Below, one piece after another: positions 1 through 13,271 of a DNA stretch of 64,000 nt (positions are counted from its first letter, which is position 1; every line of letters starts with the position of its first letter). The stretch covers positions 34,906,001 through 34,970,000 of the forward strand of contig OZ004610.1 of assembly GCA_963924565.1 (NCBI GenBank), written 5' to 3'. Under the pieces are notes generated by a model. The model had not been told where the DNA came from and did no database searches. It saw only the letters and a program-made list of their open reading frames with translations. A program made the position numbers and the translations under genes. Source of the DNA: Ascidiella aspersa. Lineage: Eukaryota.

Positions 1-3000
1 CAATTAAACACCATATTTCCGCACATAACTCTTACGTATGGTTATTGATTTAAACTAAAGTGATTTTTATTAAAAAACAATTACTATAATAAATTGTAAT
101 AAAATCTCCGCAAATTATGTTGAAACTGAATGACTAAAGTTGTTTTAAACAGTTGAGAACTTCGTAAGGTTATCGCGATTCTGTGGCGACGCAAAACAAA
201 CTTGCGGCTTGGAGCGAATAGCTGAGGTGGCCCATCCCCAAAGCTATTTTAAGCAAACCGCGCAAAATTTCAGCCAAAACTGATCAAGGAGATTTTAAAG
301 TCACGAGATTTTCTCAAAAAAAAAAAAAAAAAAAACACGAAAGCATCGTTGTTTTATGCTTTTCAACGTTTACATAAAAACGCGGGCAGTCGTAATCACT
401 CATGCATATTAAGCAGCCTCAGCCAATCAGCGCCAAGTATCCGATGATTCATTGTTATGCTATATGACGTCACAATGGCATGCGACGATCATGCTCGATG
501 GCGACAACAGCTGATTCACCATTGTTACGTCACTGAAACAAACATGTTTTTTGAAATTGTGAGGTTCGAATTAGATACAAGCTGCCTTAAATCATCGTAA
601 TCGTCGTAATTACACGAGAAAAACAAGTCAAAAGTAAAGAGTAGAATTAATATCAAAGCCCATACAAGTTGGAAGTATTTTGTGAACGTTTTTATTACAA
701 CTTTATTATTTTTGAAATTATTTTTATTCAAAGCTTTTACAAATGCTACCTACCTAAGTATTGGCCAAGGTATTTAACTACATTTAACTCCAGCCATTAT
801 TCATAAAAGGTAAATATTAAGTGAAACCAATTATGTTCTGTTTTACCGCATTTAAAGAATATCAAACCCTTCTTAATCCTCAAAGATGCCAATGTTTTCC
901 GAATCACAACCTAGCTATTCTGGGTGACCTTATGTAATCCCTGATTAATTTGATAAAACGAAAAATTCGTCGCAAAGCCTTCAGCAGATCTCGGTAAATT
1001 TAGATTAGGTCGAAATTAAATGTTACTCGAACATCGCACCAAACTCTGCACAGTTAAATATGGAGCAGTGCACTAAATTTTATACATTTTGTGGTAAACG
1101 CAATATATTTTATCTAATCATGATATAATTTTTCGCAGTTAACTTAAAAACGTATTTTAAGAAACAAATATTTTAAGCACCTAAATTAATCGCCATTGTT
1201 GTTGTAAGAGAATCTAGTTGTGTATTTGGTTTCCTAGTTGCAACAAGTTTGGGCCCAACATTGCCTTATAAGGTGTTCTACAGTGGAGTTCGAACTGTGA
1301 CTTGTAACAACACGAGAGATTGTGTTTCACTTGAACTTCGAGCAACTTGCAAGAAACACAGACAGATCAGTCAAGTGAAGCGCCGCGAATAGAGGGATAA
1401 AAACACGAAACAAAAAGGAATAAAAATTACCCACCGACCTATAACTGAGGTTGTGAATCTCTTGCACGAACAACATTATGCATATAGACGGAAAGTTTAA
1501 TTTCGTTATTATTACGTAGTTTTATAAACTCTTAAAACCACCCTTATTTTTATGGTTTAGTAAATAGTACCTGCACCATTTGTGGCCCGAACGTAGCTAT
1601 GGGTCACAGGGGCATGTCTTTGAGGGGCAACACCTCTCAATTTCTTATTGAACAAAAGAAACATCAGTTATTAGGGACAACCAGCTCTCGATTTAGGGGG
1701 TTTACCCGGTATCCATATGTTTGAACGTGGGAGTCGAAGTTGATTCAAGGTTAAATAAACAAATCAATCTGCAATTCGCTTGTTGGGTGGCCTCAGCTTA
1801 TCAGTCAAGTACAACCTGATAAACCAGGTCCCAGCCAACATTTACAACTTACTTCACAAACTTAACAGTGGTTTTGATTAATGGCGATTAAAAAGAAATA
1901 TTTCAGTCAAAACCAAAAATCAGGTATTGGTGCCAGGAAACGTCAGTTTATTTAAAGCTTATTCAAAGTTCGCGTCACGAATTACCAAACTTTTCAGTTA
2001 GCACCCGTTTGTATTTATTTAAACTTTACGAAACCTTTTAGTGAAGCAGAACAATCCTTGTCATCTGCTTTATACACTTGTTGAAAAAAATTCTATTTAG
2101 TTGGTTATTGTGCTTTGTATCATTTTTGCTATTTGCAAAACGAAAAAAACAACTTTCCTAAAATTCGTTGCGCGAAAGAGTTTGGGAAGGTCTAGTCCAG
2201 ATAAAGCAACCAGATACAGATTAGTAAATCAAATGGAAATTAAAAATCATTATTGGTGTCAATAATTACCCCTAAAACACTTCTTCCGCCACTTGGCTCG
2301 CCAAATTGTTGTGTTTATTTATAAAGCGTTCGTTTAATTACATACACGTGGTTAGTGATTAGCTTCTGCAAACGAATGGCGGAGCAAAAGCAACCCACAC
2401 CTTGCAAAGCACAAAGCATTAAATAACACAGGACTTTCCAAAATATTGAGTCTATTACCATACTATTTTAATTTCCAGCAATTATTTGACAGTAGTTACC
2501 TTTACTGGTCATCTGATTTTACACGTTTTGTCGAGGTAATGTAAAACTTACTAGTAAATTAAGCTTTGTTAGTTGTGCCATTTGAACATAGAAAAAATAC
2601 AATAATAGTTGTACTCCCTAGAATAAAACCCAGGTCTTCTCAAGACCCTGAAACTTTGGGAAGCCCAGGTTTAAACCGCACAACAAACAGCTTAAAAGCG
2701 CAGCCGCAGAAGAAAGCAAGCAACTTGAAACTTACAAATATCTCAGTGAGTTTAAACCGTGAAAAGCGTCCTCATCGATTCGAGCGATTCGGTTGTTGTT
2801 CAACAATCTGAAAAAATATATAAGAATAAGCGTAACTACATAAATTTGAAAATGCACTTTCAATGTTTGATGTTGATTGGATTTATTAACAATAAACTGC
2901 CCATATGGTGAAAAGCTTGAACTTACAATCTAGGGACCTTCTTGGAACAAAAATCTTCGCTTGAAGCATATCAACGAAAATCAATTTAATACTTGCAAGT

Positions 3001-4282
3001 GGATTTCAGATTAACTTATTTATATTTTAACATTAAACATATTTTGCATTAAAAGCATGAACACTACTTTTGTTATTTAAATGTCACTTTTTAAAAGGAA
3101 AGAAGCTTGCATAATACTAATCAACAGCAAAAGTTTTTACTGCTACTTTCAAAGTGTCAAGGTGATTAATGTAAGACATTCTCAACATTTTGTTCGTACA
3201 CACAAAGCCCTGCATCAATTTGACCTTTGACCTACTCAAGTGTGCACTTGACCTTTTTACCTTGTCACGTGTTTGAGAGGTAACGAGCGTTTGTTTAAAA
3301 CCAACACGAGATTTCGCAACCTGACCTAAAGTCGTAAAATGGAAAAACTTGTCAGGACCAAAACGACTTGGATGGGAGTTGCTTTAATCGCATAAAAATC
3401 GACTGATAAGGAGAAAATGTGATATTAACGCTAACCAAAACCATTAAAATGCGACGGATCTATTCTCATAAACATGCGACTTTATTTTTTTTTCTTTATT
3501 GTTTTAACTTTAGGTTTTGCTTAGCACTAATTTCACTTTAACGCTTTTTACTTTGGTTTAACTATTTACTGATTAACTTTAGTTGAAAGTTTAGGTGAAA
3601 GTTGGCTTCTATTTGTGGAGAATCAGCCGAGTCTTGTGAGTCATAAATCGCAGTTTGCTTATCTCCCAAGGAATTATGACTCACGCTCTAAGTGCCTCTA
3701 GAAGCGACTTCGCGGCAATTTGACCCGATCAAGCAAACACTGGATCGCTGCAGAGGATTGCCGCAATGCAGCAGAAAAACCTGCAGCGGTAAAAACTGCA
3801 ACGGGAAAAAATGCAGCGGGGCGATAAAAATGAAATATTCTACAACTTTTGCAGCAAAAGTGTTTATTTGAGGTGACACTCGCCATGAATCACAAGTGTG
3901 ACGTTACAATCAACACAACTGTGATGTCATAGAGGTGATTGTCACTGATGAGTCACGTTCAACATCAGTGATTCGTTGGGGAAGTCCCACTTATCCCAAC
4001 AATTCCAAGGAACACTAAAACAACTTTACAAGTTAGTAGACAACAAGCAACTTTCCTTGAAACCGCGTTGAACCTGCTCCTACACACAAATAAGTGACTC
4101 AGTTTTTGTACCAAGGTCTTCAATTTAAAGCCTTAAACCCTAAAATTAAAGAGCATTAAAATAACTGTAAAAAGGTCGCAGTTAAACATCTTAAGCAGGG
4201 GCGTATCCAGAAATTCAAAAAGGGGGGGGTCCAAATTTTTGAACTTTTATAAACAACTAATGGATAAGGCAGACTATATTGC

Positions 4283-4540
4283 CTGGTTAGAGCTTATCTC
4301 GGAGTTGTACTGCAGATATCTTTGATAGAAAAACCTGAGATAAAGGACTACTTCAGTAGAAAATGGACTGAATATTTCCCATTTTTTCTTGATGTATTTT
4401 CTCGAAGGCGTTTTTTGCAAATACATTGGATGCTACATGTAAAGTCGCCGGAACCAACCACAGTACCCATAACCCGTGGAAGTAGAATGAAAAACTTCAT
4501 TTCTACGTCAGAAGTGTTTGAAAGTGATCCCTTTGTCTAG
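4283..4540 (+). mobile_element. piggyBac transposase fragment (PGBD-like, DDE_Tnp_1_7), degenerate
   Basis: Frame reads RAYLGVVLQISLIEKPEIKDYFSRKWTEYFPFFLDVFSRRRFLQIHWMLH. This matches the piggyBac pattern 'G....M.L.KP.I.DYWS......PFF..VMSR.RF..I...LH'. Truncated on both sides. Confidence 0.75.
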
Positions 4541-6194
4541 TTGAAAGTAATAACTTTTGCTCAGAAAGACCATGATACAAAAAAAAATACGAAAACTGGG
4601 CTGTTATAAAAACGCTAAAAAAATAAAAATGAAAAAAAATTTGACAAAAAAAATCGACAAACGTAATCTAAACATACAAAACTAACCAAAAATGCATTAA
4701 AAAAAATTGGACCTGTGGTAACCGAAACTGTAAAAAAAGAGGACCGCAAAGGGTTAATGAAGAATGTAGTACGGAAACATATTTTATTCTGGCAACCTCC
4801 CAAACATAACGTAGTAGTCCTGGTTGAAGGAAAGGATTTTTGCCAATATTACAATCATTAATTCACCCAGGGTCGTTCTACTGACGGACAATCTCATTAA
4901 CGAAGCTTATAAGCGGCTTAACACCTTATCAGGGCGAAGAGGCGGGGATTAAGTGATCGTTCACTCCTAAACCTAACTCATACTTTAAACAAAACCTGCA
5001 GGTTACCTTAACGACGCCGTTATAAGGTTACGGCGAAAAATTTGGGGTAAATCTGGCATTTTGTGTCAAATTTCGGTGAATTTGATCCCACCTATTTTGT
5101 TCGCTCGTGAGAAAGTATAATGTGCATCGTCATGCTTAATAAACTGCAGAGTCACGCGTGAAATGCTGCCCTTTAATTAGTTTTTCCTAGTTGTAACTTA
5201 TCGGGGATTTAGATGGAGGTGAAAGATTCGAATCTTAAATATTGAGCTGAAACTTGATGATTCTACTGACGTAATCCCATGCACCGTGGTTTAACAAAAA
5301 TATATTTTCAGTTATCAAAACTACTGGAAATGTATTTTCAAACGAGTTTTGTGTGCTTCGTCTTTTATTTTTAATTCTTCCGCAGCAAAAATGTTTGAGG
5401 CTACGTTTTCACTTTAAACGGGTCAGTCAAGGCAAGTCTTGAATCAACGCGTTTGAACAACTAAGTGCTCAAGAGTCAGTCTTTTAAATCATAATGTTAT
5501 AAATCACATCACTGACTTACAAAATATAATATAGGTTTTGGAAACTAGAACTAGGGCAATTAATGCCCTTGTATTAAATTAAGGTCAAGTCAGTTATGTG
5601 ACATCTGTAAAATATCCATTGTTACGTGGTTAAGCAGCACTGTGACGTAGACAAGAGAGTGATGAAAAGCTGACACATGAAGTCGGATGAGACGAACCGA
5701 CAGAGGTCAAAAGGTCAAGACGCAGAGTTGGAAGCTCAACTTGTTTTTCAACACCGCGTCTCGTCTATTACATCACAATGCAAGGTTGTGGAAGTTGCTG
5801 ATCCCCCGAAGTTGATGGCGCCGAAGCAGTCTGCCATTACCACGCAACTTGGATCACTTACAGTGCTGATTGAGCGCTCCCCTGGCGATTGTGACGTCAC
5901 TGACACCGCGCGATCCGCTTAACTCAATTTAAAGTTTCCGGGATGCGACGCGAGTTACATTGTGAGGAGTTTGCGCTGATTTTAACGCAACGTTTAAAGC
6001 GAATGTACTAAGTGAAACTCCGGGTGCAAATGCAGGTTTGCTTGAATGGAAATTGTTTGGATTGTTTGATGAGATGTTTGGTGGCTGTGGAGATGCAGGG
6101 GGTAAGAAGTGACAAAATTAAAGGAAATGTGGATCACTTTTGTGTATTGCGTGTTGCGGCGTGCAGCAAACCACGTAACCACATTTGCCGGCTT

Positions 6195-6250
6195 GTGATT
6201 GGCTGGAATAAGGGCGTGGTTGCTGGTTTAGCCACGCCCCTCTATAAACC
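6195..6250 (+). promoter_or_regulatory. Pol II promoter-like cluster (inverted CCAAT, two GC/KLF boxes, TATA)
   Basis: GATTGGCT, GGGCGTGG, CCACGCCCC and CTATAAA occur in canonical order within about 55 bp. No downstream gene was established. Confidence 0.35.
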
Positions 6251-6438
6251 AACATTTCAACGACGACATATTTGACAAAGAGGTTTGTGAGCCAAAGGAA
6301 TTTTTACATGCTTCATTCACTTGGTGTTTTATAGTTTAGTGGAAGCGACCAACAATTAACTAAACAACGCATAAAAGGTGGAAGTTAGCACGAAGAGGTT
6401 TAAGATTGGTGGAAACGTTCGGCACAATTCCCTTAATA

Positions 6439-7315
6439 CAGGGGTCGGCAACCTTTTTGCACTGCGGACCGGTTTAAAAATAAAACTTTGTCACGGACAG
6501 GCCTTAAAAAACAACAAATGTCCAGCAAAGGAAATTTATTACAACGTTCAATGCGAACTTTATGCTTGTTTTGTCGCAAAGTGAGGCTCCCATCAAGGAA
6601 TTATTGAACTGAAACCCGCGCCGGGCGGCATTTGGTCAGCCAAACAATTTAATTTAACCCAGCCCGCGGCTCATTTCAATAAAACGTTTAGGCCTTTACG
6701 TTTTTTCCTAAATTACACTTGTATACCAATATTACCAATACCTGAAAGGCATTTTTACAACAAAAATCATTTTTTTACCGTGGTTGATGTTAGAAAAATC
6801 ATTTGGCTTTTCTGTCATTTTTATAGAGGCTAAAACTAATTAATATACATACGTTTTTTTCGAAACCTTTCCTGCCTAATCAAAATAATTAATTATTTCA
6901 TTATGGGACATAGTTTATAAATATTATTTACACGAAATTCTATTGTACTTTAAAGTGAGCACGCCTAAAATTAAATCACATGATATTTTAGCCTATTTTT
7001 CGATATATTGTAAGTACTAGAAGTTGGATTTTGGAATAACAATTTGCATTATGGATGTTGTGAACGATCTATGTAACGCATATGGCCAAAGCACACTAGT
7101 TGTTTTGAACCTCACGAGAGCTTGATACTAATTGTGATTTTTTATTAGAGCAATCAACAATGGAGTAGTAGGCTAAATTAAAACGAAGGTAAATGTGTTA
7201 AATATAAAAATACATTTGAGTATTTTTGACTTTTTACCAGGTTTTTACGTTCAGTTCGTGTTTAAACAAAATTTTAATCTCAACCCTGCTACGGACCGGT
7301 GTTTGCCGACCACTG
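6439..7315. mobile_element. non-autonomous hAT element (MITE-like)
   Basis: Termini CAGGGGTCGGCAA / TTGCCGACCACTG, a subterminal CGGACCGGT at both ends, and 8-bp flanks CCTTAATA / CGTTAATA (7 of 8 match). Confidence 0.8.
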
Positions 7316-9467
7316 CGTTAATACATAAACATTTTTGTCCGTCAAGTAAATGCTGGCAAGTGGCAAGGCCACTTACACTGTGGCAATTGACGATGTGGCA
7401 TGTGGCAAGTGCCAAGAGGTGTGTTGTCACAAAAAGGTGCTAATGAAAAAGCAGTTGTATATTTTTCTTTGAACCCGTTCGACCCCATTTTAAAGTTAAA
7501 TACTGGCCTGCTCTTTTTGAGGTTTAATCACACACTGAAGCCACAACCCTTAAAACCAAAACTAAACCGAAGATGTTTTAACACACTCCTAAGTTAAGCT
7601 AAGCGGCAAGGTGAAGATGAACATGGTCAGATTACGATTTCCCAGTTGACTTACTATTAAATATATACAACGGGTCAGATTCCATGAACTCAATAAACAA
7701 GAGCTGGAGAAATCCATGAAAGCACTTGCGGGAAAAGTAGCCAAGCGGTTTACCAAGCGGCGTATCAACCAACTCAATAAAAAGATCGAATATTTCATTT
7801 GTGAAACCACTCCTCGACAAAGATGGATTCTCTGGTTCAAGTGGCCTAAACCCAACACCTCACTCATATTGTGTGGGGGGGCTGGTACCCTTAACGCAAC
7901 ACCCCCAATTAAAGTGAAGGGGAGACAGTAAGGCAGGTGTGTGTAAAGACCCACCAACACAGGACACTTAAATTACTTTCCTTCTCGCTAAATGTGCAGC
8001 TGTTGTGTGCGATTGGGTGACAAACTTTTCCCACCTTTCCCACCATTAAATCACTCTTGTTACGATTTCCCTTAATAATGGCACTTTGCCGCAACTCTAA
8101 CAACGCTTTTTTTACGTTTTAACATCAAGAAGCTCAAACAAGAAATAATCCTCTAAATTAGCATTTTTTATCGATTTTAAATTGCCCTCTTCTGCTTGGA
8201 TTACATTTTTTTATTTACCGATTTGATGACGTCATTTATAAAAAATGTAAAAGTAAATATTTTTCGTCTAAAATGGCATTTTACGTCAGAACAGCCTGAA
8301 ACTTTTTGCTTTCATTTAAAGCCATCGTGCAAAGCAAGGTTTTGCTTTCGGGTCAAAAAAAATGCTTCAAACGTTCAATTGCAGCAAAGCACGTGACCTG
8401 CGACCCCGATTCAATTGTTGCGTCACAACCACTGGCATCCAGTGATAGGAAACCAGTGGGGCGTGACGGGATTAAATAACGTCGCGACCTGAAGGCGTCG
8501 GAGTCACGTGACGTGGCGGTGATCGATTGTTACGACATTATGCAACAATCGAATCGCGCGCTTTAATCATCCAACAGAAAACCAAACCAACAAATATATT
8601 TTACGAACTCACATCGAGTTGATTTTCCTGAGCCCTCTAAACGTCCCGGATGGAATATCCTCGATCATGTTGAACCGCAAGTCTCTGTGAAGCAACAAAC
8701 AGGTTATATGACGTCACAAGGAGCAGTATGACAAATGAAAGTGATTGCGGGAATTATCGATGAAGTAAAATACAGAATATGCGAAGTTGGTTGCAAAGTC
8801 GTAAACATATTTTTCGGGGAAACTTTCGCTCTTAGACGCGCAAACTGTGACGACATAATTAGCATTCTTCGCCGCTGACATCCGCGATTTGGTTTCCTTC
8901 GCGGCGGATGAATATATGCACATTTATGGTAAGGAATGCGGAGTGATACGATCCGGGAAATATTTTAAACTACTCGACCATTAGAAGTGATTCCATATTT
9001 AGCGACATCGCGTCGTTCCTTTATGACTCAACAAACGAAGTTAAGTGGGGGGTTTGGGGTACTCCCCTACAGTAAGTGGAGTTTTTTGGGAAACCCCCTA
9101 CAATAAGTGGGGTTTGGGGAGTTACAGGTGTCGGCAACAAATGATCCCAACAATAAACCCGTTTAAACTTCTTCCACGAAGTTTTATCACTCGCGGCTTA
9201 TCGCGCCTCAATCTCCTCCAACAAACCACTTCCTAAACCAACGACAACGACGCGAGAAGCCGAGAAGCGACAACAATCGACAGTGGGGCAGACAATCGAT
9301 CGCATGACGTCGTAGAAAAGTTAAAGAAAGACATAAATATTTTATTCACAAATTAGTTGGAATAAATTTATCTCAAGCAAATAATGCTTCATACAGGCGA
9401 GCCCGTATCATAGAAACATTTAAACTGCTTTAGAATGGAGCACAATGGCTAAAGGTCGTGGTAAGGC

Positions 9468-9577
9468 GTAATAGGAATATCAAATCCCTTACAGAAGTAG
9501 GTGTTGAAATGAATAAAGAGATATTCGAAACGTTCAAAATAATACCAACTTCTATATGGGCTTTGATATTTTTATTA
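9468..9577. mobile_element. short foldback element, same family as 31382-31556, with a degenerate hammerhead-like loop
   Basis: Arms GTAATAGGAATATCAAATCCCTTACAGAAGTAGGT / ACCAACTTCTATATGGGCTTTGATATTTTTATTAT. The loop contains TGAATA...TATTC-GAAACGTT. Confidence 0.6.
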
Positions 9578-11731
9578 TGTTTTAGAATTCTGTGAAATAT
9601 TTTGTTTCCTGTTTTGATATGTGGCTATTTCCTTGATCGCTGGAACACATGTGCGTGCAAATAACTTGGTTTGAAGTGGCTTGTAAAGATGAAACAGCGG
9701 CAGCTGTGTCGCTTCTTGGTTTAACACGATGATAGCCTGGGGAGATAGTTTGGCACAACACGACGTTTCGCGAACAAATCCGAAACCACGCGAAGTTTCC
9801 CGAGCGGTAACGGGCAGATTAAGGGTGTATTAAGTGGCTGGTTCAGATTACGACTGGCGGCTTGGCGTCGATGGTAATTAACTGATGTCTGGTTTGCTCG
9901 CCTTTCTATTTTCACGCCCGACCAGCTCGTTCATCCAAGGAAACCGTATTTGTTGCGCAAAACATCACCGACTAGTTTGTAACAACGCTGTGGCTCATGT
10001 TCGACAAATTATTAAATCGTCCGCCCAAGTATAAAATATTTTAACTAAATCCTTATTAAAGCAAACAATACAAAAACACTTTACATACCGATTAATCGGC
10101 TTTAACATTTATAATATGACAATAATTGATATACTTTTAAAAGCTAGACCAAGTTTATTGCGATCTGCGCTTTTTGGGAACACAGACGTAATCACGCAAG
10201 ACAAAAGAGCGCCGGAAACTTGATTGTTTCGTCACAAACCCGCTTACCGACAAACCACCCCGATGAGAGCTCAGGTTCAGACAAAAGTGGCCACTTTTTG
10301 TGGCTACATTAAATGGCCGGCTCATTTTGTGGGTTCTTTTGTGAGATACGGTGGAAATATAATTTATTGGGGTTGTTTTATCACAGGATTGCCATTATCC
10401 CAGCTGCACGGTTTGCGTTTCAGGGTTTAAATGAGTTTCAGGGTCGCGAAAGGTTCACACCTATTTGTCACATGCGTTATAACGTCATACATCGCGCTTT
10501 TCCGCTTTTACGAGAGAATGTTAAACCCAATTTAAAAGGATTTCAGACGAACTTTACCTCAAGAAAGGCGAGCCAAGCATACAACCTATAAGTTTATGAA
10601 ATTGCAATGGACATTGGATTCAAACAAATCCTGGTTTTAAGGCTTACAACCTGGGATAGGTTGGCCACGAGACGAGGTTGATATCTGTGTGGAGCGAAGC
10701 GGTGAACTTCTTATCACTGCTCGTTGAAAGTTGCCGCTTAAGTGGTCTTATCGCGCGTCTGAAGCGGTGTGAAGATAACGGTGTGTGTTTAACCAAGTGC
10801 GACCAGTCAACCGTGACCGACCACAGCGGGTCAGTGGGGCGTGACGGCTTATGGAGCTCTTTTAAACCTGGCTTCGACACGTTTTAAGCGTTTTTCATTA
10901 AAATTCGGTTGTGGATATCTTTCGCATGTGTCAAATAATAAAATATCGGCAAAACTGTTTAAACCCAAACAGTTGCTCGCATTAAAATATGAGGAAAATA
11001 ATGGTTCAAGTTAACCTTAGCACATCATGTTCGAAAAACTCTTGTACTTTTGGGTTGAAATCTAATACGAAGCGAGAATTGTGAGTCCCACAATAAAGTA
11101 AGAACCTAAACACAACCACAACAATACAAAAACCAATCCACAATGTTTCAATGGATTCAAACAGAGTCAAGATCCACTTCCCAACTTTTTTTAACTTTTT
11201 GACTTCACATAAAACATTGTCAGAAAGGAACCGCGGTGCATTGTGGGGCGGCAAACATCGCGCTCCTTTGTGCGGAACAATGCAAATATTTGGGCACGTC
11301 GCGCGATCGACAATGGCGACTATGACGTATTACACGTCACACGTGGGTGACGTCTAACGTGATGCAAGAGGAAAAGTGACGTTCCAAAGCAAATGCAAAA
11401 AGTAAAAGTTTGTTGTAGTTGATCAAATAAAACGAGAATTCTAAACGACCTCATTAGAATGCATTCAAGTGGTTTGTGGCATTTCAAACGCAAGAAATAG
11501 AAACACTGTTATGTTTAAGTCGTCAAAACTCGTGACTTCAACAATAAGCATTCTCTGCAGACGTAAAGCTTAGCGTTTAGGGTGAGAAAAATTAAATGCA
11601 GCCACATTATGGGACAAGCAATCACGTCACGCAAACCGACCCAGGATTGTGCTTAATGCTGACATATTCCTTCCCACATGTAAACACACGGTTAAGTTGC
11701 CACTTCATTTACACAAACCCGTTTGACTTAC

Positions 11732-11934
11732 AAGGTCCTTGTGTCAGGAGGGATCCTCGGGATTGTGTCGAGTCTGTGGTGAGTGCACCTCACAGTGGAG
11801 ATGAGACACACACAACCGCTGGGGCAGGAACGACTGGAGAATCCTCGCCGCTGAGCGAACACCGAATCCCCGCAGAACGTCGCCACCAGAACCGTGGTGA
11901 GAAGGAGCAGCCGTAAAGCGCTCGAGCCCGGCAT
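11732..11934 (-). CDS. PXDN: peroxidasin, first coding exon (signal peptide + LRRNT)
   Basis: MPGSSALRLLLLTTVLVATFCGDSVFAQ...CPSGCVCLISTVRCTHHRLDTIPRIPPDTRTL is followed by a GTAAGT donor at 11731. It resembles vertebrate peroxidasin exon 1 (CPSRCLCFRTTVRCMH...QTSIL|). No further exon was identified in 1-11731. Confidence 0.72.
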
Positions 11935-12361
11935 TATTACGTCGCTTTTGTGCCTTTGTGTTATTCCAAGCCGCCTGAAGAAAGGCACAGAAAGCCTAAC
12001 GCCTGTGGGGAAACAAGTCACTGTTGGTTTGAAGCATTGCGAATAGAACAAGGCTTCTCACCAACTTAACAAGACTAGATATAATTGGTTGGGTAAAATT
12101 CCGGCAAAATCATTAATCGCAATGACACAACCTAAGCTTAGTGCTGACCTAAAACTAAAACACAAATAAGATGAACTGATCTGTAAGCTCTTGGTAGCAC
12201 ATGAACTTTGCTGATAACGGCCAATCTTCTATTTACTTTATTACGTGCTGAAAGCATTCCTAAGCGAACTCAACTGAAAGGTTAAAGCAGCTACGTTCGG
12301 ACAGATCTTTGTTTGCTTGCAAGGAATCTTAGCTCGTCGTTTAACTGCACTGACGTTACAC

Positions 12362-12404
12362 GTTAACTGAAAGATGATACAAGCTTGTATCGAAACGTCT
12401 TATT
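12362..12404 (+). ncRNA. type I hammerhead-like motif (Penelope-type), one extra nt in the core
   Basis: TAA-CTGAAAGA-T-GATACAAG/CTTGTATC-GAAAC-GTC-TTA. Stem II is perfect, GAAACGUC is intact, and stem I is TAA/TTA. Confidence 0.45.
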
Positions 12405-13271
12405 CAAGATGATGTCGATCTACTCGAACTTTTTTGGCTTTGCAAATTATTATCAAGCTGCATTACAGATACGCATAGCGTACCCAAGCAGTCAAGCACT
12501 TACATTCCATTGACAAAATATGGCAAAATATCCACACCACAAGTACAAAAATAGTACAGCTAACGACAGCAGCTTAAAGTACAAGTATCCACAGCACATT
12601 TAGTACAACTAACTACAGCATTAAGTACAAGTTTGTACCGCAGCAATAGGTACAACTCTGTACAGCAGCAGTAGTAGGTAGAGCTATCTGTAGCAGACTA
12701 GACACTACGTCAGTCACCTGCGGCGAGCGCCTCTCGTCAAACTCGCCATTAATTTCCTGTCTACCTTTCTTCTCGACTCCTTAGACGACTGCTCTGTGAC
12801 GACATAATGTGGATAACCAAGTTGCTCGATCCAGCCGCCAAAGTTTATTTGAAATGATGGATTGCCGATAAATAGTTTTAATAAATCGTAACTGTTTGAT
12901 CGATGTCTTTGTCTTTTATCGTACTGTTTTTTTGTTGTAAAGTTATTTTTAATTTCTCTTCAACTATTTTAGCACCAACATGGAACTACGGTTTATGGCC
13001 GCATTTCTCCTGTTTAAAACCTATTTAGCGTTGTTGCCAAAACGTATTTTAATTTAGCTTTTGCCCAACTCTGACTTACGAGGTCGATTAAGTAATAATC
13101 AAGTGTTTCTAACTTTGCCTGGAGCAGATTTGCGAAAGCACAAAGATCTGAACAACACGAAGTCAACCTCGTCTTTTGTTTATTTCACCAGTGTTCATAA
13201 TTAAAAAGCTTCATTCGCGATTAATCGTTAAAATTACGACGTCATAGTTGTGACGTCAATACGTAGTGACG

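Noticed and set aside
1790-1870. LRR-looking peptide LSVKYNLINQVPANIYNLLHKL as a possible peroxidasin exon
   Set aside because: It is on the plus strand, opposite to PXDN, and lacks convincing splice sites. Treated as chance.
3944-3990. CTGATGAGTCAC...GTGATTC hammerhead-like start
   Set aside because: No GAAA after the stem, so the catalytic core is incomplete.
7623-7660. In-frame TGA as a selenocysteine or antizyme frameshift site
   Set aside because: No recognisable selenoprotein or antizyme homology, no TCC-TGA context, and no SECIS identified.
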